A DNA stretch of 64,000 bases from Patescibacteria group bacterium (GCA_030583805.1 CP129476.1:373453-437452); one strand, 5' to 3'. Counted from the stretch's first letter, positions 18,792 through 28,705 are shown. Notes: generated from the sequence alone by a model not told the origin. Made by a program: numbers and translations.

Positions 18792-21700
18792 CTCGTAAGC
18801 GCCGGCGCCGAAATCGGCGCGCGGGGCTGCGAGATACGCTTCGGGCACTTTTCCTCGTTGGAACGGGAGAAGATCCGAGCGTCCGCCCGCAGCCGAACTG
18901 CCGCGCAAAAGCGTCACGTCGTCGGGGATCGGGAAATCCTCGGGCGGCGTCTCGAAGGAAACGCCGTCTTCCGGAACGGGAAAGATCGATTCCATGACGG
19001 CGATCCAGATCGGAAGCGCCACGACGCCGCCCGTCGCCTCTTTGGCAATCGGCGTCGGCGTGCGGCGTCCGACCCAGGTTCCGACCATGAGCTGTTTCGT
19101 GCCGCCCATGAACCAGGCGTCGCGGAAGCTGTTGGTCGTACCGGTCTTTCCGGCAACCGGGCGACGCAGTTTTTTGGCTCGCGTGCCGGTACCGAACTCG
19201 ACCACCCCGGTCATGAGTCTCGTCATGACGTACGCATCGGCCGAAGGAACCGCCTGCACGTCCGGACGTTCCGGAGCCGTGTAGATCGTCCTCAGATCGG
19301 AAGTTCCATCGGGATTCGGCACGAAGGTTTTGACGGACTTCACGAAGATTCCAGGAGGATACCCATCTTTCTGCGTCGCCAACGCCCGACCGTTCGACAG
19401 GATCGTCGCGTACCCGGCGGTGTGTTCCCAAAGCGTGAGCTCGGGAGTACCGACGGCCATCGGGAAGACCTTGACGATCGGCGAGCGGATGCCGAGCGCG
19501 CGCATCGTGCCGATGATCTTGTCGAGACCGACCTCGAGCGCGAGACGCACTGAAACGGAGTTCAGCGATTTTGCGAGCGCGGTGATCAGATCGACCGTGC
19601 CGTAATAGACGCGCGTCGTCTTCGGTCCCGAGTAGTTCTTCGGACACCACTGGCCAGACGCGGTCCAAAGACAGACCGCCGCATCGAGTTCCGTGGAGAC
19701 GATCGTCTTTCCGTTTTCGAGCGCGGTCAAGTAGATGTACGGCTTGATCGAAGAACCGGTCTGGCGCCGCGCTTGCGTGGCGTTGTCGAACTGATTCTCG
19801 TTCCAATCGTAGCCTCCGACCAGCGCGCGGATCTCTCCACTCTGCGGATCAATGGCCACGATGCCGGCTTGCAACGCCTCGGGATGATCGGCGCCGCCCG
19901 TGCGGCGCGCCGTATGCGCGACCCGTTCGGTCGTGCCGTCGTCACGCTTTTTCGTTTCGATGCGCACGGTCAACAGATCGCCAACGACAAGTGCTCGCCC
20001 GGGCTTCGCTCGTTCCCACTTCGCGACCAGCGCAACGTCTTCCGCATCAAGCGGAAAAACGTGGCCGCGTACGCAGAGCGAGATGGAAGAGCGTCCCCGG
20101 TCGACCACCCGCGCATTGGCCTCGATCGTGCCGTCGACCACCCAACCGGACGGATTCTCGCAGACGGCGCCCGCATCCTTGTCGTGCCCTTCCGGACCGG
20201 CAAAGCCGAGGCGCCGCTCGAGATCGAGCAGGCCGAAACGCACGGCGGCTTGCGCCTTGCGCTGCATCTTGAGATCGAACGTCGTTTTAATGACCAGTCC
20301 GTGCTTGTACACCGCGTCGTAGCCGAACGTGCGTTCGACGAACTTGCGCGTCACCTCGCAGTCGTACGGCGCGGTCGCCAGATTGAAGGCGTGCGCGCGC
20401 TTGATGAGCGTATCCGGCGCAGCGACCGCCTCGCGGTACTGCAGCGCCGTAATCGCGTCCGTCTCCAACATGCGCCCCAGGACATACCGTTGCCGCACTT
20501 TCGCGCGGTCATAATGCCCGTCGGGAGAATCCCGCGAGGGCGCTTTCGGCAATCCGGCGAGCATGGCCGCTTCCGCCACGGTCAGATGCTTCACGGTCTT
20601 GCCGAAATACGTCTGCGCGGCGGCTTCGACGCCGTAGGCGTTTTTGCCGAGATAGACGTGATTCAGGTAGACCTCGAGAATCTTTTCCTTGGCCTTGCGG
20701 CGCCCGTGCTTCATCGTCATCTTGCGTTCAAGCTGGACGGCGAGGAAGAACTGCTTGAGCTTGCGCTCGATCGTCGGACTCGAATCCTTGAGAACGACTT
20801 GCTTGATCACCTGGGCGGTAATCGTCGACGCGCCTTGCTGCGCTTCCTGATGACTCAGGTTATGCAGACCGGCGCGGATGATGCCTTGGGGATCGAGGCC
20901 GTTATGCTCCCAGAACGTCTTGTCTTCCGAAGCGACGAACGCGGCCTGGACGTGCTCGGGAATTTCCGAGATCGGCGCCCAAATGCGGTTCTCAAGCGAG
21001 AAGCTGCACATCAGCTCGTCGTTGCGATCGTACACGACCGACGAGACGACGGGCTGATAGCTCTCGACGCTTGAGAGATCGTTGGACGTCTTCCGCAGGA
21101 AATCTTCCGCGAACGAAGTCAGGAGCGCGCAGACGAGCACCGTGCCGAAAGCGAACCCCGTGCAGAGCATCCGCCCAAAAACGAAGCGCTCGCCGGCATA
21201 GCCGGTGCGTCCGTCCGGAGCGGTGTACTCGACGAACTTCGGTTCACGAACGACGGTGAGGAGCGGGATGCCGGCCGTTTTTTCCTCGGCCTCAGGCCGC
21301 GGCCCGGCAGGGATCTTCCGAACCCTGAGCACCATGCGCGGCGCGGCGCGGCGAAGATACGGCGGGCGCGCGAGCAGCGCGAAGATCGTGAAGACGATCG
21401 GCGGCAGCGTCGCGAGCACGAAGCGGTAACGGAACGGCGCGAGCAAGACGTAGAACGGAGTCCAAAGATCTTCGAACCACGCGTCGGGCATCAGCGTCAG
21501 CCAGTTGGCCCAGAGCAGCCCTTCGACCATGGCGTAGAGCCAGAGGTCGATGAGAAGGATGCCGAGAAGCCAAAGGATGATGCGGATCGCATTGAATCTC
21601 CCCTTGTATCCGGGGGAAACCCTCCACGTCCGCAAGAGCGCTGCGAGGCGTTCCGGCGGGCGCGCGAGGAAGATCGCGCCGGCAAAGGCGGCGATACCGA

Positions 21701-22058
21701 TCGCCTCGGACGACAAGCCGATCCAAACGAGGTCGCCTGAACTCAGGATGTTCCAGATCATCACCGCCACGGCCGCCAGGACGGCGACCGAAAGCGTCAT
21801 GAGCCGGAACGTGCGGAACTCCCAGAGGAAGACCGACAAGCGGACGACCTGTCTCGCTACGACCTTCGCCGCGCGCCACACTCCGTATGGAACCGGAAGC
21901 GCGACGAGCGCGAAGATGCCGGCAAGCCAGAGTGGCGCCCCGAGCCGATCCGTCGTGACCAGGGTGGCCAGCGAGACCGACAAGAGGAGAACGTACGCGA
22001 CGATGACCTTGAGCGCGAACCAGCTGCGATCACACTGCCGTTTCAGCCATTGCAGCAT
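18789..22058 (-). CDS. class A penicillin-binding protein (GT51 transglycosylase + transpeptidase) fused to a ~330-aa N-terminal polytopic membrane domain
   Basis: GT51 motifs EDKTFWEHNG, RKLKQ, transpeptidase SSIKP, SxN, KTGTT; N-terminal ~8 TM helices of no recognisable family; ATG at 22058 with GGGAGGG RBS. Confidence 0.85.
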   Translation of the reverse strand: MLQWLKRQCDRSWFALKVIVAYVLLLSVSLATLVTTDRLGAPLWLAGIFALVALPVPYGVWRAAKVVARQVVRLSVFLWEFRTFRLMTLSVAVLAAVAVMIWNILSSGDLVWIGLSSEAIGIAAFAGAIFLARPPERLAALLRTWRVSPGYKGRFNAIRIILWLLGILLIDLWLYAMVEGLLWANWLTLMPDAWFEDLWTPFYVLLAPFRYRFVLATLPPIVFTIFALLARPPYLRRAAPRMVLRVRKIPAGPRPEAEEKTAGIPLLTVVREPKFVEYTAPDGRTGYAGERFVFGRMLCTGFAFGTVLVCALLTSFAEDFLRKTSNDLSSVESYQPVVSSVVYDRNDELMCSFSLENRIWAPISEIPEHVQAAFVASEDKTFWEHNGLDPQGIIRAGLHNLSHQEAQQGASTITAQVIKQVVLKDSSPTIERKLKQFFLAVQLERKMTMKHGRRKAKEKILEVYLNHVYLGKNAYGVEAAAQTYFGKTVKHLTVAEAAMLAGLPKAPSRDSPDGHYDRAKVRQRYVLGRMLETDAITALQYREAVAAPDTLIKRAHAFNLATAPYDCEVTRKFVERTFGYDAVYKHGLVIKTTFDLKMQRKAQAAVRFGLLDLERRLGFAGPEGHDKDAGAVCENPSGWVVDGTIEANARVVDRGRSSISLCVRGHVFPLDAEDVALVAKWERAKPGRALVVGDLLTVRIETKKRDDGTTERVAHTARRTGGADHPEALQAGIVAIDPQSGEIRALVGGYDWNENQFDNATQARRQTGSSIKPYIYLTALENGKTIVSTELDAAVCLWTASGQWCPKNYSGPKTTRVYYGTVDLITALAKSLNSVSVRLALEVGLDKIIGTMRALGIRSPIVKVFPMAVGTPELTLWEHTAGYATILSNGRALATQKDGYPPGIFVKSVKTFVPNPDGTSDLRTIYTAPERPDVQAVPSADAYVMTRLMTGVVEFGTGTRAKKLRRPVAGKTGTTNSFRDAWFMGGTKQLMVGTWVGRRTPTPIAKEATGGVVALPIWIAVMESIFPVPEDGVSFETPPEDFPIPDDVTLLRGSSAAGGRSDLLPFQRGKVPEAYLAAPRADFGAGAYE

Positions 22059-22130
22059 CTGTTGTTCCCTCCCGCATAGGGGCTTGGACGCACGACGTTC
22101 CGGAAACACCTGTTCCCGGAATAAACCTCT

Positions 22131-22159
22131 TATATACGCTAGGAGACCCCCCGCGTCAA
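22131..22159 (-). promoter_or_regulatory. promoter TTGACG-17-TATATA for PBP1A gene
   Basis: Exact 17-nt spacer, directly after upstream terminator. Confidence 0.5.
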
Positions 22160-22195
22160 TATAAAAAGACCCCCGTCATGTGACGGAGGCCGGAA
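22160..22195 (-). terminator. intrinsic terminator after TPR lipoprotein gene
   Basis: Palindrome CCGTCA TG TGACGG followed by GGGTCTTTTTAT on minus strand. Confidence 0.45.
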
Positions 22196-24340
22196 TCATG
22201 GGGTTTGGACGCGGTAGATAAGCCCCTCGTCGATCACGAACGAACGTATGTTCGTGCCGGTGCATTCGGGCTTGGCATCCTTGGCGACATGGCAGAGCCG
22301 GTGCTCGCCGATCGGCGTCGAAAACTGCGGCAGCCGCTTCCCTTTCTCGTATGGCGGCACGGAAGGCTTGAGCGCGCGCCCGTCGAGCACGAGCACGATC
22401 TCTTCGCTCGTGAGGTTCTCCACGAAGAACGTGACGTTGTCGACCGCGTCGTTCGGCACGACCGGCGAGATGCCGGACGTGTCGCGTTTCGGCGGTTCCG
22501 GCATCATCACGACGCGCGTGTCGTTCCGCGACCGGATTTCTCCGATCGTCGTCGCTCCGTTCTCTTGGACGTCGAGGCTGCAGCCTTGCGCCGCGAGCAT
22601 CGGCTTGAACGTGCGCTGGTACGCGGTGCGCATCTCACGATAATCGCGAAGCGCCTTCTGTTCGTAAAGCAGAAGATCTTCGGCGAGCGCATGCTCGTCT
22701 GGCGTGAGGAGCAACCCCCAGTCGTCATCGAGCAGCGTGCGGATCGCGCGCGTGCGCTTCTGAAGCTCGCGACCGTCCGTCTCGTGCGCGGCGCCGCGCG
22801 CCTTGGCAAAGTGCGCGTCGGATCCCGCCAATCCTTTTTCGCACGCGTCTTTCTTCATGTGCGTCAGGAGCCAGGTTCCGTCGTTCACCGCTTCTTGAAA
22901 CTCGCGGCGCGACTCCTCCATGCGATCACGAATGACGTCGGTCGCGGCGATGCCTTCGATGAAGGTTGCCGCGCCCTGTTCCGCCGCTTTTCGAATCTTG
23001 CGCAGCCTGGCATTTTCGGGGAATCGGGAAAGACCGAGATCGTAGGCGGCGAACGCTTCGGCCGTGTGTCCGAGCGCGCGTTCGCAGGCGGCGAGCAGGT
23101 AGATCGCGCCGACATTCTCCCGCTCCGCCTCAATGAGCACGCGCAGCTCGCTCGCCGCGTCCGCATACCGACGCCCGCTGGCGTACAAACCGACCAGTAC
23201 GCGCCGCGTATCGAGATTGTCGGGAGCGATGGTGCGACTCATTTCATAACGAGCGATCGCGTCGTCCACGCGGCCGAGCTTGGCATACGCCTCGCCGAGC
23301 CAGAAGTGCACGAACGGATCCTTGGGACGAAGCGCGACGGCAGCTTCCAGGTTCGCGCGAGCCGCATCGTATTGTCCGGTGCCGAGCTCGACGCGTCCAA
23401 GCGCCGTGAGCGCCCGCAGATCCTTGGCGTCTTGGTTGACGACGATCTGGTAGTGCTCCCTGGCTTTGCCGGGGTTGCCGGTTTGCCAGAGCAGCCACGC
23501 GTGGAGCCGCAGCGCCAACTGATACTTCGGCATGATGTTGACCGCGCGCATGGCATGCGCATTCGCATCCTCCAAACGCAGGCGCGCGTCGCGCTTCGCG
23601 TCTGAAGAGGACGTGATGAGCAGTTCGCGGTAAGCGCGCGCAAGACTGATGAACGCGTTGATATTCGGCGCGTGCGGCGTCGAGAACGCCTGCACGTGCG
23701 CGTCGGGCAAGACGATCCCCGCCTCGGCGAAGACCCTCGCGATTCCCTCGCCGAGCATCGCGTGCACCGTGACGCTTTGAACGCCAGGATACACGGGCTT
23801 CGACGGATCGCTCGCGTACGCGAAGATCTTTCTCTCATCCGTCACGCGCGCAACTTCGACCAGCTGGTCGGTACCGACTTCATACAGCACGACCGTAAGC
23901 GACCAGCGTTCGACGGGGCCGGCATAGGAGCCGGTCAACACGTACGTCGCCGAGGCGCGCTTCGCCGCCGCGTAGATCGCGGAAGCGTCGAGCGCGCGCG
24001 GATGCTTTTCGTCGAGCTTGGCCGATCCTTCGGGCAGCACGTGCGGCCCGACGATCGCTTCAAGCGCGTACCCCTTGTCCGCCAACGCCTTCGCGGCGCC
24101 GGCGTCCAAAGAAAGTTCTTCGAAGCGCGCCGTCGCGAACAGCGTCAGGCCGAGCGAGAAATATTCCAGCCCTCTCTGATCCGTATCGGCGAACGGCGCG
24201 ACGAACACGCGCAGAGGACGAGCGGGCTGCGTCACCGCGACCGTCGGCGCAGCCGGCGGATCCGTGACGTTTTTTGCCCCTTCCTTCGAACCGCAGGCGA
24301 GCAGTGCACAGCACGCACAAGCCAAAAAGAGCGTTTTCAT
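22196..24340 (-). CDS. lipoprotein with N-terminal alpha/beta domain and TPR repeat array
   Basis: Lipobox LLACGS, multiple TPR-like helix pairs (ARANLEAAVALRPKDPFVHFWLGEAYAKLGRVDDAIARYE). Confidence 0.6.
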   Translation of the reverse strand: MKTLFLACACCALLACGSKEGAKNVTDPPAAPTVAVTQPARPLRVFVAPFADTDQRGLEYFSLGLTLFATARFEELSLDAGAAKALADKGYALEAIVGPHVLPEGSAKLDEKHPRALDASAIYAAAKRASATYVLTGSYAGPVERWSLTVVLYEVGTDQLVEVARVTDERKIFAYASDPSKPVYPGVQSVTVHAMLGEGIARVFAEAGIVLPDAHVQAFSTPHAPNINAFISLARAYRELLITSSSDAKRDARLRLEDANAHAMRAVNIMPKYQLALRLHAWLLWQTGNPGKAREHYQIVVNQDAKDLRALTALGRVELGTGQYDAARANLEAAVALRPKDPFVHFWLGEAYAKLGRVDDAIARYEMSRTIAPDNLDTRRVLVGLYASGRRYADAASELRVLIEAERENVGAIYLLAACERALGHTAEAFAAYDLGLSRFPENARLRKIRKAAEQGAATFIEGIAATDVIRDRMEESRREFQEAVNDGTWLLTHMKKDACEKGLAGSDAHFAKARGAAHETDGRELQKRTRAIRTLLDDDWGLLLTPDEHALAEDLLLYEQKALRDYREMRTAYQRTFKPMLAAQGCSLDVQENGATTIGEIRSRNDTRVVMMPEPPKRDTSGISPVVPNDAVDNVTFFVENLTSEEIVLVLDGRALKPSVPPYEKGKRLPQFSTPIGEHRLCHVAKDAKPECTGTNIRSFVIDEGLIYRVQTP

Positions 24341-24358
24341 CGGATTCCTCCCGCACCA

Positions 24359-24387
24359 GGTCTACGCCAAAATGACCTTTTCGTCAA
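24359..24387 (-). promoter_or_regulatory. promoter TTGACG-17-TAGACC for TPR lipoprotein gene
   Basis: 17-nt spacer, after terminator; shares TTTTTATATTGACG string with PBP1A promoter. Confidence 0.4.
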
Positions 24388-24404
24388 TATAAAAATCCGA
24401 CGCG

Positions 24405-25262
24405 CTAGTCGTCGGAATCGCGATCATCGATCTCGCGAAAATAGCTCGTCGCCCTCAAGGCTTCGTCGCCCGTGAAGCGGCTTCCCATGATCTCGAGCAC
24501 GGGCGGATTCCGCGCCTGCTCCACGACGACCATGCTGGCGATACAGTCGTCCTGATCATCGATCCAGTAGCGTGCAGTCCCGTGCGGATGCAGGCTCGGC
24601 GTGCCGAAACGACGGATCTTGAGGCGGCTGTGCGACAGGTGGATGAGCGCCTCGTCGTACGAAACGCTCCTCGCCATCTTCTGCTCGAACAGCCAGTCGT
24701 TCTTGAGCGCGGAAGCGAGCAACGCTTCGTCCTTCACGTCGAGCTGGCTTTTCAGCCTCTCGAAGAACGCGATCGCATGCCGCGACATGCCGCGACGTCG
24801 TTCCGCAGCCTGGTAGTACCAGCGCCGCCCGAACCCGATCGGAGAAACGAGCAGGAAGACCGGCGAGAGCAGGATGCCGAGACCGAGCGCGCCCTCGCCA
24901 CGCGCATGATCCCCGTTGCGTCGAAGCAATGCGCTGGATTCATAGACGCGCCGTCGAGGAAGCTCGATCAAGACGCGGTCGTCGTTCCACGTATCTTCTC
25001 CAGAATACGGACTCACTCTGCCGTACCACTGGAAGTAGATTCCCGTGAGCTGCGGCCGGGCCGCATAACGCCCCGACGCGACAGCATCCGCATGCTGCTT
25101 GGCCCAGTCGCGCTCGCTCTCTTGAAGCGCGCGTTCCTTTTCTTCACTGTCCGGATCGCGCCGGAGCTTCGGCACGGACGGTCCGCCGAAGAGGCCTTCC
25201 ATGCCTGCGTCGACGGCACCGAAGAATCCCGTCAGGACAAGATCGCCGAGTTTTCTGGCCAT
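24405..25262 (-). CDS. hypothetical protein with one internal TM segment
   Basis: ORF with downstream hairpin terminator and divergent promoter region; no recognisable family. Confidence 0.4.
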   Translation of the reverse strand: MARKLGDLVLTGFFGAVDAGMEGLFGGPSVPKLRRDPDSEEKERALQESERDWAKQHADAVASGRYAARPQLTGIYFQWYGRVSPYSGEDTWNDDRVLIELPRRRVYESSALLRRNGDHARGEGALGLGILLSPVFLLVSPIGFGRRWYYQAAERRRGMSRHAIAFFERLKSQLDVKDEALLASALKNDWLFEQKMARSVSYDEALIHLSHSRLKIRRFGTPSLHPHGTARYWIDDQDDCIASMVVVEQARNPPVLEIMGSRFTGDEALRATSYFREIDDRDSDD

Positions 25263-25314
25263 ACGCTCTCCTCCGGCCGCTCTGGCCGCGCCTTGAACCT
25301 AGCCGTTTCCGCGC

Positions 25315-25343
25315 TTCACGTCAACGCCAGGGTGCGCTAGGCT
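25315..25343 (+). promoter_or_regulatory. promoter TTCACG-17-TAGGCT for methyltransferase gene (ATG 8 nt after -10, leaderless)
   Basis: 17-nt spacer; -10 ends 8 nt before ATG 25352. Confidence 0.4.
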
Positions 25344-25351
25344 GCTCCTAT

Positions 25352-26143
25352 ATGCAGCGCCGAAAACCGTTTCGCCAAAAACCGCGTGGGCCGAAGACAA
25401 GCTGGGAAGGCGTTTCACGCTGGTACGGCTCGTATTTGGATAAGGAAGACACCGTGCAGGAAGCGGTCGTCTTTCCGGGCGCCGAACGCCTGCTCTCCCT
25501 CGCCGCCGGCAAGCGCTATCTCGATATCGCCTGCGGCGAAGGCGCGTTCACGCGCCTGATCGCCCGAAAGCCGGGCGTGCACATTTCCGGTTTTGACGCC
25601 GCGCCGTCCCTGATCGAGCGCGCAAAGACGCGCGCGCCGAAAAATGCCGACTACGCCGTCGCTGACGCCCGAGAGTTCGCGTCGCGTTATGCCGCCGCTT
25701 CCTTCGACGGCGCGACGTGCATCTTGGCGATCCAGAACATCGACGACATCTTCCCCGTCTTCCGCGACGCCGCCAAAGTCTTGAAGTCGGGCGCGCGTCT
25801 CGTGATCGTCATGAACCATCCGGCCTTCCGCCAATTGCGCCAGAGCGGTTGGGGCTGGGACGAGGGACGCAAGCTGCAGTACCGCCGCGTCGACAAATAC
25901 CTCGGCGCCTACGACGTTCCGGTGCAGGCGCATCCCGGCTCGAAACCCGGCATCGTCACGCATTCCTACCACCGTCCGCTCGAAACGTACGTCCACGCGC
26001 TCGCCAAAAGCGGATTCGTGATCGAGAACTTGGAGGAGTGGACGTCGCACAAGACGAGCGACTCCGGTCCGAAGGCCAAAGCGGAAAATGCGGCACGGAA
26101 CGAGATCCCGATGTTTCTCGCGCTCGTCGCGCTGAAAAAATAA
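25352..26143 (+). CDS. class I SAM-dependent methyltransferase
   Basis: Motif I LDIACGEGAFT, post I acidic residue, Rossmann fold length. Confidence 0.7.
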   Translation: MQRRKPFRQKPRGPKTSWEGVSRWYGSYLDKEDTVQEAVVFPGAERLLSLAAGKRYLDIACGEGAFTRLIARKPGVHISGFDAAPSLIERAKTRAPKNADYAVADAREFASRYAAASFDGATCILAIQNIDDIFPVFRDAAKVLKSGARLVIVMNHPAFRQLRQSGWGWDEGRKLQYRRVDKYLGAYDVPVQAHPGSKPGIVTHSYHRPLETYVHALAKSGFVIENLEEWTSHKTSDSGPKAKAENAARNEIPMFLALVALKK

Positions 26144-26172
26144 AAATGCAGCCCCAGGCTGCATTTTTTCTT
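26144..26172. terminator. bidirectional intrinsic terminator AAAATGCAGCC-CCAG-GCTGCATTTTTT
   Basis: Perfect hairpin flanked by A-run and T-run between convergent genes. Confidence 0.65.
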
Positions 26173-26758
26173 AGATCGAATCCGTCGCTTCCAAAAAACC
26201 AGAGATGCGCGCGTGCGCTTCGGGAGGCGGCAGCGTTCCGTCAATTTCAAGGGGGTTCATGAAGTGCGCCATGCGTGCCTGATAGGACGCCGCCAGCGCC
26301 GTGAGCCAGTCCGGATTCATCGCGACCGTGTCGACTTCCTCGTGCAACGTCGCGCGATGGCGTTCAAGGGACAGCTCCGGCGCGAGGCGCATGACGACGA
26401 CTGCCGTGGCGAGGCGCGCGAACCGCCCGAAACATTCTACGAGCGCCGAGGCTTCCTCTTCCGAAACGACTTTCATGGCGCGATAGACGTCCGCCCACAC
26501 GGCGGCGTCGCTCCAGCCGCGATCGATGATCATGACGTCAGCCTTCTCCTTGTAGGTATAGTAGGAATCGAGCAGCTGGCCGTAGTACGCCAGCGCGAAG
26601 GCCAGGGATTCTTGCGGCGGTACTTTCATGCGCGCCATGTGTTCGCGGTCCGTCAAAAGCAGCACGGTCTTGCCTTGCCTCTCGAGCGCTTTCTTCAAAA
26701 GTTCCGCCTGGGTCGATTTGCCGCTGCGCGGCATGCCGACGAATTCGATAAGCTTCAT
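26171..26758 (-). CDS. thymidylate-kinase-family P-loop kinase (Tmk-like)
   Basis: P-loop GMPRSGKST, DRGWSDAAVW resembles Tmk DRYxxSxxAYQ; 195 aa. Confidence 0.5.
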   Translation of the reverse strand: MKLIEFVGMPRSGKSTQAELLKKALERQGKTVLLLTDREHMARMKVPPQESLAFALAYYGQLLDSYYTYKEKADVMIIDRGWSDAAVWADVYRAMKVVSEEEASALVECFGRFARLATAVVVMRLAPELSLERHRATLHEEVDTVAMNPDWLTALAASYQARMAHFMNPLEIDGTLPPPEAHARISGFLEATDSI

Positions 26759-27279
26759 TTTTTCTCGTTGTCGTCGAAAAGTTTGAGCAGGCGTTCGGTC
26801 AGTCCGTCGCGCACGACGCGGGCGCGGCGGGCGCGATCGAGCTGCAAGCGGTCGACGCCGCGCATATCGAACTCGCGGTCATAGGTTTCGGCCAGAGCAT
26901 CGACGCGTTCGTGACGTTCGTGCGGCGACAGGGCGTCGAAGACGGCCGCGCCGAGCTCGGCGCGCAGATCGCGTTCAGCCAAGCGGATGGCGAGTTCGTC
27001 CCAAAAGACGCAGTCGTCGTACTCGGCGACATGGCCCGCGAGCGCGAGACGCGACAAGAGCGCCTCGGACGGCTTCAACTCCCCCGTCCGCTCGTCCGTC
27101 GCAACCAGGTAGCCCAAGCCGTTCTCCTCCGCGAGCGCGAAAAGTTTTTGCAAAGGCGCGTCATGCGTCGTCGCACGCTCGTGCTCCGGACGATGGCCGT
27201 TGATCAGCCAGTCGCCGAGCGCGGCGAGTTCGAGCAACTGTTCCAATTCCGACCTGTTGAGTTCAAGAGACATCGTCAT
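26755..27279 (-). CDS. hypothetical acidic all-alpha protein (174 aa), translationally coupled between ung and Tmk-like gene
   Basis: 1-nt and 4-nt overlaps with flanking genes; no recognisable motif. Confidence 0.4.
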   Translation of the reverse strand: MTMSLELNRSELEQLLELAALGDWLINGHRPEHERATTHDAPLQKLFALAEENGLGYLVATDERTGELKPSEALLSRLALAGHVAEYDDCVFWDELAIRLAERDLRAELGAAVFDALSPHERHERVDALAETYDREFDMRGVDRLQLDRARRARVVRDGLTERLLKLFDDNEKK

Positions 27280-27986
27280 TACCAGTTAATTTCGCGAACA
27301 TCGATTTCCTCCGGTGTATTTTTCGTCCAAGCGATCGGTTTGCCGCCTTTCGAGAGCAGGTAGGCGTCCGTCTTGCTGAAGTGCTTGCAGCCGAAGAATC
27401 CGTTATGCGCCGAGAGCGGAGAGGGGTGCGGCGCTTCGAGCACGAGATGCTTCGCGCGGTCGATGTGCGCGCCCTTCTTCTGCGCGTAGGCGCCCCAGAG
27501 CAGGAAGACGAGCCCTTCGCGCTGTTCGTTCAATTTTTTGACGATCGCATCGGTGAACGCTTCCCATCCTTTTCCTTGGTGCGATCCGGCCTGGCCGCCC
27601 ACGACCGTGAGCGTCGCGTTCAGCAAGAGCACGCCTTGATCGGCCCAGTGCTGCAAGTTGCCGTTCGATGGAATCGGCAAGCCCAGATCGCTTTGCAGTT
27701 CCTTGAAGATGTTTTGGAGCGACGGCGGCTTCGGCACGCCATCCGACACGGAGAAGCACAGGCCGTGCGCTTGGCCGGGGCCGTGATACGGATCCTGGCC
27801 GAGCACGACGACGCGCACCTTTTCGAACGGCACCGATTCCAGCGCGGCAAAAATGCGCTTCGGCGGCGGGTACACGATTTTCGTCGCGTATTCGCCGCGC
27901 ACGAAATCGGCCAGGCTCTTGAAGTACGGCTTCTCGAACTCCTCCTTCAACTGTGCTTTCCAAGAGGATTCAAGCCGCACGTCCAT
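27279..27986 (-). CDS. ung: uracil-DNA glycosylase, family 1
   Basis: [18 protein letters not shown] water-activating loop, HPSPLSA DNA-intercalation loop. Confidence 0.9.
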   Translation of the reverse strand: MDVRLESSWKAQLKEEFEKPYFKSLADFVRGEYATKIVYPPPKRIFAALESVPFEKVRVVVLGQDPYHGPGQAHGLCFSVSDGVPKPPSLQNIFKELQSDLGLPIPSNGNLQHWADQGVLLLNATLTVVGGQAGSHQGKGWEAFTDAIVKKLNEQREGLVFLLWGAYAQKKGAHIDRAKHLVLEAPHPSPLSAHNGFFGCKHFSKTDAYLLSKGGKPIAWTKNTPEEIDVREINW

Positions 27987-27995
27987 ACGCCCACA

Positions 27996-28664
27996 TTACA
28001 TAGGAAAATAGAGCCTTGCGTCAAGCCACTGACCCATCTCCGCCTTCGTTTGCACGTAGCCGCGTACGGTAATCGCCGTTCCGCGGTGCACGCCGAGATG
28101 CAGATGCTTTCGTTCGCCATCCGTTTCCGCGCCGTAGCCTTTGCCGAGCGCGCCGAGCCGTTCGCCGCGCTTCAAGACGTCGCCTGCCTTGGCATCGATG
28201 CTCTCGAGACGAAGGTGGCCGTACACGACCGTGATCGGCTCATTGTCGAGCAGGCAGCGCTGTACCGCGACGCCGCCATACCCGTCGGACAGTTTTTTGA
28301 GCGCGAGCTCTCCGTCGCAGATCGCGGAAACAACGACGTCGCGATCCTGTTCGTCGTCAAACGTCTCGAAATCGACGCCGACATGATAGCCGCTGAAACG
28401 TTCCGGGCTCACGGGAGAATCCTTCGGCGTGACGTAGAGGCCGAACGGTTTCTTCGAGATGCGCTCGTTCGCGCGATCGAGCGGGAGACCGAGCGCCGAG
28501 ACGGATCGCACCGGCTGCGCCTTCGCGGGCTCGGACGGAATCGCTTGCGGAAGCGCTGCGGTTTGCGTCGCGGTCTCCGCCGGGAGATTCGCCTCGAGGG
28601 GCAAAGAAGCGCATCCGGCGCCAAGCAAGAGAAGCGTGCCCGTAATCGCTAAAACGTTATTCAT
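27996..28664 (-). CDS. M23 family metallopeptidase lipoprotein
   Basis: Lipobox LLGAGCAS, HxxxD (GYHVGVDF) and HLH (HLHLGVH) zinc motifs. Confidence 0.8.
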   Translation of the reverse strand: MNNVLAITGTLLLLGAGCASLPLEANLPAETATQTAALPQAIPSEPAKAQPVRSVSALGLPLDRANERISKKPFGLYVTPKDSPVSPERFSGYHVGVDFETFDDEQDRDVVVSAICDGELALKKLSDGYGGVAVQRCLLDNEPITVVYGHLRLESIDAKAGDVLKRGERLGALGKGYGAETDGERKHLHLGVHRGTAITVRGYVQTKAEMGQWLDARLYFPM

Positions 28665-28670
28665 ACGTTC

Positions 28671-28704
28671 ACGCTAACAAAAAACGCGCTTCGATGAAAG
28701 CGCG
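28671..28704 (-). terminator. intrinsic terminator after GNAT gene, followed by extended -10-like TGTTAGCGT 6 nt before M23 ATG
   Basis: Hairpin CGCGCTT-CGATGA-AAGCGCG + TTTTTTG on minus strand. Confidence 0.5.
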
Positions 28705-28705
28705 G

